From an uncultured Gemmatimonadales bacterium (lineage in GTDB: Bacteria; Gemmatimonadota; Gemmatimonadetes; Gemmatimonadales; GWC2-71-9): a stretch of 64,000 bases of DNA. Below the pieces are notes generated by a model. It made no database searches. It worked only from the letters and a program-made list of their open reading frames with translations, and was not told the DNA's origin. The position numbers and the translations under genes are program-made. Below are positions 37,228-47,194 of this stretch, piece after piece. Every line of letters starts with the position of its first letter. The first letter of the stretch is position 1. The stretch spans positions 738,514 to 802,513 of the forward strand of contig CAVOSV010000001.1 in assembly GCA_963698975.1 (NCBI GenBank). Reading direction: 5' to 3'.

Positions 37228-39151
37228 TTACTGCACCAGAACGCCCTGAGTAGTGGTATTAGTGGCGCCTTGATCATCTTTGACCGTCAAAGTTACGACG
37301 TACGGGAAAATACTCGCATTAAAAGTATGGCTGGGGTTCTGCTCTGTTGAGACGGGGGTGCCGTCGCCGAAATTCCAGCTCCGTTCGACAATCGTAGCAG
37401 GGCCTTGGGGGTCCGTGCTGGTATCGGTGAATTGACAAGGCGTACCTCCAACGCAATCTGCGTGGGTAAAGGCAGCCGTCGGCGCGTCGTTCGGTGGCGG
37501 GGGCGGCGGGTTCACCGTGTGCGAGGTCGTCGCCGAACTGGATGCGAAGGTGTCGCTGCCTTTATAGGTCGCCGTGATATCGCCCGATGCCGTAGGTGAG
37601 ACCTGGCAGCTGCCCTGCGGCGCGGCAACCGTGCACGAAGGCGAGCCACTCACCGAGATCTCCACCTGGCCACTCGGCGTTCCGCCGGGCGACGAGACAG
37701 TGACGCTCACCGTTACCGGATCACCCGAATTCGAAGGATCGGGATCGTCACCGGTAATTGTGATCGTCGTCGCGACCTTCTCCACCTCGATCTTGCTCGA
37801 GGTCGCCGAGCGGAAGCCGTCGGCGGCGAAGATCAGCTTGTGCGTACCACTGCCGCCGCTGATGCTCAGATCGGTAAACTGAGCCCGGCCGTTTCCGTCG
37901 GTTACAACAGTTTTCGTTCCGTTCAGCTGGCCGTTGCCTTGGGAGAGCCCCACGGTGATCTCCACTCCGGCAACCGCGACGTCGTGTCCCTGACCATCTC
38001 TGACCTGAATTACCGGAGCCGGACTCAGCGTTGCACCTACCGTAACTGACGAGGGCGGCTGGGTGGTCACTGCAAGAGTAGACGGCGTCCCGGTCCCGCT
38101 CCCCGTTGCATGAAACGCGGCAGGAGTAAGGCCGGACACCACTGCATTAAGCGTGTTGGTCCCTGGATTGGGTCCCAGCGTCCATTCGGTGCTGGCCTTG
38201 CCAGTCGCGTCGGTGTTGCTGGTTTCGGGATTGGCGGTTCCACCGCCACCACCCACAACCCAGCTCACCGGTTGATTAGGAATAGGATTTCCGCCCTGAT
38301 CCAGAAGCTGAACCACCAGGGGCTGCGGTAACCTCGATCCCGCAGGCGCATCCTGATTGTTTCCGGAGACAATGTTTACCGCGTTGGCGTTGCCAGCGGT
38401 GGCGTGGTGCGTGAAGGTCACCGGCGACCCCACTAACTGTCCGGCTGTCGCAACGGTCTGCTGATCACCCGCGGTCGGTCCCAGGGTGCGGGTGACGGAC
38501 GTCTGGCCGTTGTCTCCCGTGACGGTGGATTCCTCACTTACACTGCCCCCACCCTGGGCTGACCAGGTCACGGTGACACCGGAGATCGGATTGCCAAAAC
38601 CATCGGTTACCGCCACCACGAGAGGCTGCGGCAACGCCGATTCCCACCGGGGCGGATTGATCGTCGCCGGACACCAGGGCGAGCCCATTCGCGTCGGCCG
38701 CGAGAGCGGTGGCCGAAAATTCCTCCGCGATCGGTGTACTCCCCTCATTCTGATGGACCCGGGCTTCGCCGGTCAGGGTACCGACTTGGGGACCCAAGGT
38801 GATGCTGGTAGCCGTGAGCCCTTCACCGTCGGTGACTCCGCTCGCCGGGGACAGGGAGCCGCCCTTGTCTTCCACCAGCACGAAATCAACGGTCACTCCC
38901 GCCACCGGCCGTCCCTGGCTGTCACTCACCTTCACAATGAGCGAATCCAGCGGAGAGCTTACCCGGGCTTGCTGTCCATTTCCGCTCACGATTTCGATGC
39001 GTGCCGGCGCACCCTCACTGGGCAACGTGAGGTTGTCGTCGCTGCACGCGAAGATCAGCGGAAGTCCGGCGACCATGAGGGCCGAGAGCTTAAAGGCGTT
39101 CACTACCCGTCCTTGAGCAGGTTCGAGTTTCCAACGCCGCAATGGCGCCAT
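37228..39151 (-). pseudogene. Ig-like repeat lipoprotein with a C-terminal PKD domain; one +1 frame change
   Basis: N-terminus FKLSALMVAGLPLIFACSDDNLTLPSEGAPARI. An extra a near 38644 (ccg gtg gga a tcg gcg ttg) splits SGDDQSAPVG|SALPQPLVVAVTDGFGNPISGVTVTW. C-terminal WNFGDGTPVSTEQNPSHTFNASIFPYVVTLTVKDDQGA (PKD). Confidence 0.8.
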
Positions 39152-39377
39152 GCAAGTGCGAGGGGGCAGTCTATTTCCGCAGCCCCTCAGAAAAAAGGGC
39201 CTGGCTCACACCTGGCTTCTAAGTTCTGTAATCTAGGGAACCTGCGGATGGGGCAAGCAGCTTACATGCCCAGCCCAGCGGGTGGGACCGACATCTAAGT
39301 CTCTATCTCAGGCGGGGTTGAAACGGGTGAGCCAGAGGTTGTAGCGGCAGCGCCACGCCACCTCGACCCCAGCCGCC

Positions 39378-40103
39378 TCAGAAGAGGACGTTGGCCTTGA
39401 AGGTTACCCCGCCGGCCACACCCTCGACCGTGGCGGTGAGCTTGTGGATGCCGATCCGGTCGCCCAGAGTCCATACGGTGGTGGCCTTACCGTCCGCATC
39501 CGTTTCAGAGATTGCCGGGCTGGCATTGCCCTCACCCGCAATCACCTGCCAGGTAATGGGCTTTCCCGGCACGGGGTTGCCGTAGCGGTCAGTCACCTGG
39601 ACCACCGGGGCGGTCTGGACCACCTGTTCACGCCGGCCAGGCTGGTCCAATGGGGTTTGCGCCGCCAGAGCTACCGGGGCGCCCGCTCCCGCCACAGCAT
39701 GAAATTCGGCGACCTTGTCGGCACCCTCCACCCCGCTCAGTCCGGCTACGACGGTGTACGGGCCGGGAACCGTTCCCAGAGTCCAGCTCGAGACCGCCTC
39801 ACCGGCGGAGTTGGTGGTGGCCGATGCCGGATCTACTGTACCTCCGGCCGGATCTGCGAGAGCGAAGGTAACCGTGAGGCCGCTCACTCCCTGCTGCTCC
39901 TGATTGAGAACCCGAACAATGAGTGGATCCAGCCTTTCCCCCACTGTACCGTGCTGTTCGTCCCCGTTCACCTTGGTCAGTGCAATGCTTTCAGCCGCAC
40001 TGCCTGGAGAATCGGGCAGGACCAGATCACTTCCACATCCAAGCAGACTGAGCGACAGAAGGACAAGACTCGGTCGCACGATTATTGAGGTCGTGTGGAA
40101 CAT
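39378..40103 (-). CDS. Ig-like (Big-type) repeat lipoprotein, 241 aa
   Basis: ATG 40103 gives MFHTTSIIVRPSLVLLSLSLLGCGSDLVLPDS. Two modules (VLNQEQQGVSGLTVTF; VTDRYGNPVPGKPITW). The ORF-track start at 40268 is an unsupported extension. Confidence 0.8.
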   Translation of the reverse strand: MFHTTSIIVRPSLVLLSLSLLGCGSDLVLPDSPGSAAESIALTKVNGDEQHGTVGERLDPLIVRVLNQEQQGVSGLTVTFALADPAGGTVDPASATTNSAGEAVSSWTLGTVPGPYTVVAGLSGVEGADKVAEFHAVAGAGAPVALAAQTPLDQPGRREQVVQTAPVVQVTDRYGNPVPGKPITWQVIAGEGNASPAISETDADGKATTVWTLGDRIGIHKLTATVEGVAGGVTFKANVLF

Positions 40104-40297
40104 AGGCTCACACTGTCTGGATGTACGCCGACCCGGCTGAAGTCGGTCAAAAGGGGGGTGTAACAGAATAGTCCCCTGAGAACCAATTCGGTAGTGTCTC
40201 CGCGACGCTTCTTTGCTGCCATCACCCACCCTCTGAGCATCATTAGGTTTGGAAAGCCGCTGCCGCACTTCCTCTTCGCAAGGGCCGGACCACTTTC

Positions 40298-41009
40298 ATG
40301 GCGCTGCGCTCCCGCTCTGTCCTGGTGGCCGGATTTCTCCTGGTGGCAGCGGTGTGCGCCCGGCTTGGAATCTGGCAGGTTCACCGGCTGCAAGAGAGGC
40401 GAGCGGCCAACGCTCTCGCTCAGGCGGGTAGAGCTGCGCCAGCGGTGCAGGTGGATAGCTTCGGCCTGGACAGCAGCCTGATCGATCGCCGGGTGGTGGT
40501 GCGTGGCAGATATGATCATGAGCATGACATTGTACTTCGCGGCCGGGGATACAGCGGGGTTCCCGGGGTGGAGATCGTGTCTCCCTTGCTGCAGCAGTCC
40601 GGCGTGGCGGTGTTGGTCAACCGGGGCTTCGTACCCACTCCAGATGCGGTTACGGTTGACCGGAGCACGCTCGAGGAGCTCGGCCCTGTGACCGTGAAGG
40701 GCATTGCCCTTCCATTCGACTCGGCCGGCGGGGCTCCGCTCCGACGGGGCCACGAAACGACCTGGGCGCGGCTCGATCGCAGAGCCATTTCCCAGCTGGC
40801 TTCCCTACCGAATCGAGCCGCTTTACGTCCGGCAGACACCCGACAGCACCCTACCCCGTTTCCCCCGAAGGCTCGATCCGCCGCCGCTGGACGATGGCCC
40901 GCACCTGAGCTACGCCATTCAGTGGTTCGCGTTTTCGATCATCGCCCTGGTCTTCGCGGTGATCATGGCCGTCAGGCCTTGGGGCGAACACCATCCAGCT
41001 CCTCGATAG
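40298..41009 (+). pseudogene. SURF1-family protein (cytochrome oxidase assembly); one +1 frame change
   Basis: MALRSRSVLVAGFLLVAAVCARLGIWQVHRLQERR. The frame slips near 40797-40803. The C-terminal part LPYRIEPLYVRQ...GPHLSYAIQWFAFSIIALVF is in the next frame (stop 41007-41009). Confidence 0.8.
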
Positions 41010-42300
41010 TCTTGGTGGACGGCTGCCGGGTTTTCCGCAGGCGTGCGGCGGTCGCTTCAGCCCCGCGCAAGGCGCGAAGCAGGTTCCCACCGGCGAGCTT
41101 TTTGAGATCGGCATCGCTCCAGCCCCGCCGAATGAGCTCGGCAAAGAGCTGAGGGAACTTGGATACGTCTTCCAGTCCTTCGGGCACAGTGTCGATCCCG
41201 TCGAAGTCACTGCCGATCCCCACATGGTCCACACCCGCCACCTGCCGCACATGCTCGATGTGGTCGGCCACCTGCTTGAGGGTGGCCCGGGGCTGAGGAT
41301 GCGCGCTCTTCCATTCATCGGCCAGCCGGCGCTGCTCGCTGGTATCGCTCACTGTCGCCTTCCAGCCGGTCCCATTCCCGCTGGTACTCGGTATCCCAGG
41401 CCGCCGCTTCCGGAGAGACGAACGCAGGAACGAAGGTGACCATCACGACCCCACCGTTCTTGGGCAGTCGAGCCAGAATGGAGTCCGGTACGTTACGCGG
41501 ATGCTCGGTGAGCGCTCGGGCCGCCGAGTGGGAGAAGATGACTGGGGCCTCACTCACGTTCAGCGCATCGCTCATGACTGAAGGCGCGACATGCGAGAGA
41601 TCTACCAGCATGCCGAGACGGTTCATCTCCCGTACCACTTCCTTGCCGAACTCCGTGAGCCCGTCGTGCCGGGCGGTATCCAGGGCCGCATCGGCCCAAT
41701 CCAGCGTGACATTGTGGGTGAGCGTCATGTAGCGCGCCCCCAGCTCGTAGTACGATCGCAGCGCACCCAGGGAGTTCTCGATGGCGTGGCCGCCTTCCAT
41801 GCCCAGCAGGGAGGCAAGGCGGCCCCGTTTGAAGTCGCGCTCGATATCGTCGGCCGTGAGGGCCAGCGCCAGCCGATCGGGATAACGGGCGATCATCCGT
41901 CGGGCGATGTCGAACTGCTCCAGCTGCACCCGCGCGTAGCCGCTGTCCTTGATCTCACCCGGGGATGTAGATCGACCAGAACTGCGCCGCGACCTTTCCC
42001 TCCTTGAGCCGCGGCAGGTCGGTCTGCTTCGGCGCCGGACGGCCGAATGTCGTAGGCCGCCACATCGCGGGGAGCATCTTTCGATTCCCGGATTTCCCAG
42101 GGCAGGTCGTTGTGGCCATCGATCAATGGGGCCGAACCGAGAAGCTTCCGGGCATGCTCGAGGGCAGGATCTGAGGACTGGGCGGCCACGGAGGAAGCCA
42201 TGGTTAAAAGGAAAACGTGAGCGGGAGCTGCCGACAGCGTGAGGGGAAAAGCGTGAGCGGGAACTGCCGAACAGCGTGAGCGGTGAGCGGGAGTGCGCAT
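40972..42300 (-). pseudogene. Membrane dipeptidase (peptidase M19); three +1 frame changes
   Basis: PLIDGHNDLPWEIR, then TDLPRLKEGKVAAQFWSIYIPG, MEGGHAIENSLGALRSYYELGARYMTLTHN, VDLSHVAPS, PVIFSHSAAR, HVGIGSDFDG read in successive frames. Breaks near 42027-42031, 41958-41964 and 41353. Start is ATG 42300 or 42201; the first 33 codons are encoded by the GTGAGCGG repeat array. Confidence 0.8.
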
Positions 42301-42406
42301 TGACGATCTGGGTGAGAGTTGGAATATCAATCTAGTCAACAAGGTAATGTCGAGTACTTTCTCGCCTCCGAAGCAGCCCCGCTCACAGCTCACCGCTCAC
42401 GTTTTC
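42212..42406. repeat. Array of GTGAGCGG / CCGCTCAC octamers flanking an AT-richer core
   Basis: Direct copies at 42217, 42239 (GTGAGGGG variant), 42253, 42276, 42283. Inverted copies at 42379 and 42393. A 26-28-nt unit AAAA(G)CGTGAGCGGGA(G/A)CTGCCGA(A)CAG occurs twice (42212, 42247), with a partial reverse-complement copy at 42387-42406. Confidence 0.8.
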
Positions 42407-42754
42407 TCTTCCCGTTTTTAGAGTCACCAGCTCCGGGCGGATGACGAACTCGGGACAGATCGTTCGATCGTACTCGTAGGGCCCGCCAGTCTCCGCATCG
42501 ATCCAGGGGAATCCGCGACATACGGCGGGGTAGTACGACTGAGCGTGGATGGTGCACACGTTGTCCTTGAGAAACACGCAGCGGCCTCGCCGCACCCGGG
42601 TACGCCACTCACCCCAGCGGGTACGATAGATCAGGTCCGGACCATGCAGCTCCGCAATTGCCGCGGCCTCCTCCTCGCTCAAAGTGACGCCGTAGGCACA
42701 ACACGAGGACTGATGAGGACAGGGGAAGCACGGTAAGGCTGGCAAGTCATGCAT
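42383..42754 (-). CDS. YkgJ-type CxxCxxCC cysteine-cluster protein (UPF0153-like)
   Basis: ATG 42754 gives MHDLPALPCFPCPHQSSCCAYGVTLSEEE...GRCVFLKDNVCTIHAQSYYPAVCRGFP. The last ~10 codons run into the repeat array. Confidence 0.65.
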   Translation of the reverse strand: MHDLPALPCFPCPHQSSCCAYGVTLSEEEAAAIAELHGPDLIYRTRWGEWRTRVRRGRCVFLKDNVCTIHAQSYYPAVCRGFPWIDAETGGPYEYDRTICPEFVIRPELVTLKTGRENVSGEL

Positions 42755-42762
42755 GAGCAAAA

Positions 42763-45437
42763 TTAGTCCGGTTGGGCCAGCGTTACCACGATGGTGACGA
42801 TCTCGTGCGGCGCCGCGTGAAAGGGAACACTGTGACTGCCTTCGCCCAATCTGATCTCGTGCAGTGGGTGCTCGTCGGCCCGGGAACGTTGCGCGGTGGA
42901 GAGCGGGGCGGACATATGCCAGACCCCGGCAGCCGGCTGCGGCCTGGCATTGAAACAGCGGAGTACCAGCCCAGCTCCCTGCTCCGCGGGCTTGATGGCG
43001 GAAAAGATCGAGTCCCTCGCCCTCGAGCCGGATTTCGATCGGCGGCCGGGCTGAGCGGAGATGCCTGACGAAGCCATTGGGCGCGGATCGGGAGAAAGGC
43101 GTCTTCCCAGAGCTGCGGCAAGCTGGTTCCCTGCTCCACTTCGGCCTGCGTTACCGGCGCGAGCGCGAGCTGTACGCGGTCTTGGCCGAGGCACTGCGCT
43201 TCCGGCGTCGGCGTGGGCCAGCCGGCGTGGCCCGGCCGAGTCGGCAGGTCTCCCCGAGAGAGCTGGCCCACCGAGCGCAGCAGCGTCATCAGCAGATCAC
43301 CGTCTCCGGGTGCAGCTCGTACTCGAAAAAACCGGGAGTCAGCAGCGCCAACCCCCGGTTCCTTGACGAGCAAGCGACAAATCGATGTGCCGGGGCCGTG
43401 GCCACCGGTGTCTCCCGCCGATAGCGGCCGGCCCGAAGGCTGACCGGGGGCCGGGCGACAATCCCGAATTGCGCACCCGCCGTGGCACTCGCTCCGGGAA
43501 GACCGGTTCGCACTCGCGCGCGCAGCCGATGATCTCGCGCCTGATTATCCAGCTCCAGTGTACACCGAAGCAGAGGACTTCCTGCGTGGAGCGATAGCGT
43601 CACCCGCGCTTCAACTCGCTCGCGGGTTTTTCCTCTGCCGGGTTCGCGGCTGAGGGCCCAGCGCAGCTCAAACGCCGCGACCAGCGGGCCCATGAGCCAG
43701 AGGTCTGACCGCCAATTTGCCCCGGGCCCGAACGGTTCGGTCCGGAAGCGGGGGTGCATAGGTGTAGGTGTCTCCCACGTCGCCACTGGACTTCCAGGCT
43801 CAACACGTCCCGGTACAGCTGGCCGCGTACGACGGTCGATCAGAGTAATTGCACCCCCACTGCCGATCCGGATCTCCAGTAGCTCATTCCCCATGGAACG
43901 GCCCCGAAGCCAGGCGCCGCCTTCTACCGATTTCGCCCCGGGCCCACATCCGTAGACATCGAAGCCCATTCCCTTGACGACCTGAGGCTGAAACGCCACC
44001 CGGGTACAGTCGACCTCATCCTGGTCGGGATAGTGCCGCGCCGCATCGAGTCGCTCGTAGCTGCGTTTCCGCCCCAGCCACTGGACCCGGAGCGGAGCGT
44101 CACTACCCACGAAGATGAAAAGGACGGGCTCCCGGGCCGGTTCGGGGAACATTGTCTCCAGGTGGTCCAACCAGCACATCCCGCTCGAACCAGGTGAGAT
44201 CGGCAATGACAACGCCTGATCGGGGGCGAGGGACCGGATTCCAGAGCACCAGCTGGGGTTCGGCCAGCTCGGGCTGGTCTCGTACCCGGTCGGGATCGTT
44301 GCCGACCAGCTCGTTCAGGCTGGTGCGGGCTATCTCGGCCGCGAGGTTCCCGGCATCCTGCAGCCGAAGGCCCACCTGTCGCGCCACCTGATCGCTGGTG
44401 CAGCCACCGATCGAGTCGTGGAACTCGCTCTGAAGCAGCAGCCGCCAGGCATGATTCAAGAGCGGCCGCCGGTCACTACCGCGATAGGTCTCCGGCCAAC
44501 GCGGCCAGCGGATCGGCGTTTCCGCTCAAGGCGAGCTCGGCCAGCGCAGTGCAGTCGCTTGAGCGGCGCGCGGGTGCCGTGGACACCCTGAAGCGTCCAG
44601 GTGTAGCCGTAGGACCAACGCAGCTCGCCCGCAATGCACCGGCACGGCGGCCGACTCCGCCGCAGCGGCAGCAAGGAAGTACTCGTGGAGTCGCGAGACT
44701 CGAAACTGGCTTCCCGGCTCAAGCTCGCCAAGCAGACGCTGCAGCTTCAGGATCTCAGGGTGCGCGGCATGATGGTCGGCGCCGACGAAGACGGCGACCT
44801 GATGGCTGGCCGCGCGCTCGACCAGAGTGGAGCGGATGCGAGACCACACCCGGGGCAGCCGCTCTGCGTCTGCGGGTAGCGCGGCACCGATCTCATAGCC
44901 ATCGGGCGGCAGATGATAAAGCAGCACCTCGCGTCCGTCCGGACCGCGCCAGCGATACAGATCGTGCTCCTGGCCGGGCTCGCCGCCCAGCCCGCGCCAG
45001 AGTACTCCAAACCGGATGCCGAACTCGCCGGCCAGCTGGGGCCAGACTGCCGGGTGCCCGAACGCGTCGGGCGAGTAGAGCACATCACTGCGACCACCGA
45101 ACCGGGCGGCGTCCGCCTGTCCGGCGAGCAGATTTCGAATCAGCGATTCTCCCGAGGGGATCAACTCGTCGGCCAGAACGTACCAGGGACCTACCTGAAG
45201 CCGTCCGGAGCGCACCAGCTCCACGACGGCAGCTTCGCGCTCGGGCCGGACAGCGAGATAGTCCTCGAGGAGAACGGTCTGTCCGTCGAGCAGGAAGGTG
45301 GATCCGGACTCCGAGGCGAGCCGGTCGAGGAGATCATCGAGAGCGGGAACCAGGCGGGCAAGAAAGATGGATTGCGGGAGGTACCACTCCCGGTCCCAAT
45401 GGGTATGCGGGATGAGATGGAAGGTGTACCCGGCCAT
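42763..45437 (-). pseudogene. GH38 alpha-mannosidase, heavily frame-disrupted (at least 10 changes)
   Basis: MAGYTFHLIPHTHWDREWY...SPDAFGH (GH38 N-domain), GELRWSYGYTWTLQG, LLQSEFHDSIGGC, GDVGDTYTYAPP, LLMTLLRSVG, PPIEIRLEGEG and LVLRCFNARPQ are recovered only by hopping frames near 44640, 44560, 44495, 44200, 43810, 43785, 43690, 43330, 43060 and 43010. Confidence 0.85.
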
Positions 45438-45504
45438 TGCCGGGAAAGCTAACCAGCCTCAGTCGTAGCCGGAGAAGGGCTCGGTCTCGAAGCGAGTGCC
45501 TTTG

Positions 45505-45757
45505 CTACGAGTCTTCGAAGACGTGGGTGATTCGGACGGTCGACGGGAGCCGCTCGACCCGGCTCTCGATCAGCTTCAGATTCGGGATTGTCGCCCAGGC
45601 CAAGGGCATTCAGCCGTTCCGCCTCGGCTCGGGCTACATCACCTGGTGTGGGGCGGCTGGCTGGATACGCATCCTCGTGGTGACGGATCAGGGCCTGCCA
45701 ATACTGGTCACCCGCGCGTTCGATCGACTCTCGGATCTGTTCCCGGGTGAATGCCAT
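45505..45757 (-). pseudogene. Small hypothetical protein, one +1 frame change
   Basis: MAFTREQIRESIERAGDQYWQALIRHHEDAYPASRPTPGDVARAEAERLNALGLGDN, then from ~45590 the protein-like reading is IPNLKLIESRVERLPSTVRITHVFEDS (TAG 45505-45507). The uninterrupted frame gives P/R/A-rich junk. It may instead be the C-terminal part of the upstream membrane protein. Confidence 0.4.
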
Positions 45758-45935
45758 TGTTTTCAGCCTGCTCCGGGGCAAGCTCGATCAGGAAGACGGC
45801 CGACAAGATCAGAAATCCGCCCGCCAGCGGCCCAAAGCGGATGTTTCCGAAGTAGTAGCCCAGTAGAACGAACACGGCCACCATGCCGAGACAACACCAC
45901 CCCGCCACCCGGCGGACCATTTCGCTGATGCCCAT
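45708..45935 (-). CDS. Small two-TM membrane protein (3' end uncertain)
   Basis: MGISEMVRRVAGWCCLGMVAVFVLLGYYFGNIRFGPLAGGFLILSAVFLIELAPEQAE. Beyond ~45760 the frame overlaps the next ORF, which lies one +1 step away. Confidence 0.45.
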   Translation of the reverse strand: MGISEMVRRVAGWCCLGMVAVFVLLGYYFGNIRFGPLAGGFLILSAVFLIELAPEQAENNGIHPGTDPRVDRTRG

Positions 45936-45960
45936 ACTCGTCTCCGAAGAGGGGACGAGT
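45936..45960 (-). other. Stem-loop abutting the start codon of the small membrane protein
   Basis: ACTCGTCTCC-gaaga-GGGGACGAGT: 10-bp stem with one G-T pair, immediately upstream (minus sense) of ATG 45935. Confidence 0.4.
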
Positions 45961-45969
45961 CTAACATGT

Positions 45970-45996
45970 CATACAGCCGGAACCTTCGGCTGTATG
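45970..45996 (-). terminator. Stem-loop terminating the long minus-strand operon
   Basis: CATACAGCCG-gaacctt-CGGCTGTATG: 10-bp perfect stem 16 nt downstream of the stop at 46012. Confidence 0.6.
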
Positions 45997-46011
45997 TCAC
46001 GTCACCGGGCC

Positions 46012-47194
46012 TCAGTGACCGCCAGCAGCCGAGCGGCGGCTGCGAAAGCGTTCCTGGTTCAGCAGAAAGCCGGCCGAACTGGTTGGCACCTGCATCCGGC
46101 CCTGGGAATCCATCGTGAGCGGGATGACATCCGCGTCGGGCCCGAACCACCGCGTGCTGGGCTCCACATCCGAGGGGTAGACGAAGCCCGGCAAGGCCGC
46201 GGCCGCAATAGCGGCCTGGGATCCTATGCCGGATTCGGGCATGGTACCGGCCCACAGCTTGGCGCCGTAGGAGATGGCGAGGGGGTAAATCCGGCAGACC
46301 TCGGTAAGCCCACCCACCCGATGCACCTTGATGTTCCAGACCCGGGGTCCATCCAGCTCAATGATCTGTCGAGCGGCCCGGGCGTCGTGCAGCGTCTCGT
46401 CCACGCATACCGGGGTGCGCAGCTCGTGAGAGAGGCGGGCGTGGCCCACGAGCTCGTCAGGCGGGAGAGGCTGCTCGATGTAAAGCAGATCATTCTGGTC
46501 GAGAGCCCTGCAGGGCGTCTCTCTGCTCGGGCCACTGGTAGGCTCCGTTGGCATCCACCGTCAGGGGCAAACCGGAACCGGCCATGGTTTCCGCTGCAGC
46601 TTTGATCGGGGCAGCATCCCATCCTGGCGCGATCTTGATCTTGACCCGCCGGTATCCTCGAGGGATTGCCTGCTCGATCCACCGCCGGAGGGTTTGGAGC
46701 GATCGGTCCGCCGGAATGCCCAGGGCCACACCGCAGTCGATGGCCGGAGAGCACTCGACGCCGAGCCTGTCAGCGAGAACCTGAGCCAGTCCGGTACCCC
46801 GCCGAGCTGCTTCGAGGTCCCATAGCGCAGTGTCCACTGCGGCGCGGGCAAACCGGTTCCCTCGAATACCATCGTGCAAGACAAAGTCGGCCGCCTGGGA
46901 TGAGCCGGGCTGCGCCTGCAACAGGCGGGGAATCAACACCTGCTCCAGCAGATGGCGGGCGCCCGCCAGCGTTTCCTCGGAGTAAAAGGGCAGCTCGAAG
47001 GGAGGCGACTCGCCCAAACCACGGTTGCCCCGGTCGTCGTACACAATCACGACGAGAGACCGCCGGTGGGTCATGGTGCCGCCAGATATGATGAACGGCT
47101 CCAGCAGCGGCAGAGTCAGCTCATAGAGCTCGACGCGCTCGAGTCGGAAGCCGGTGGAGCTGGCAGCTGCGGAGCTGGTGCTCAGCGAGCTCAT
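46012..47194 (-). pseudogene. Enolase-superfamily enzyme (o-succinylbenzoate synthase / N-acylamino-acid racemase-like); one +1 frame change
   Basis: ATG 47194 gives MSSLSTSS...FRLERVELYELTLPLLEPFIISGG...RRVKIKIAPGWD...LTVDANGAYQW. An extra c near 46515, then LDQNDLLYIEQPLPPDEL...VCVDETL...WNIKVHRVGGLTE...GTMPESGIG. Confidence 0.8.
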
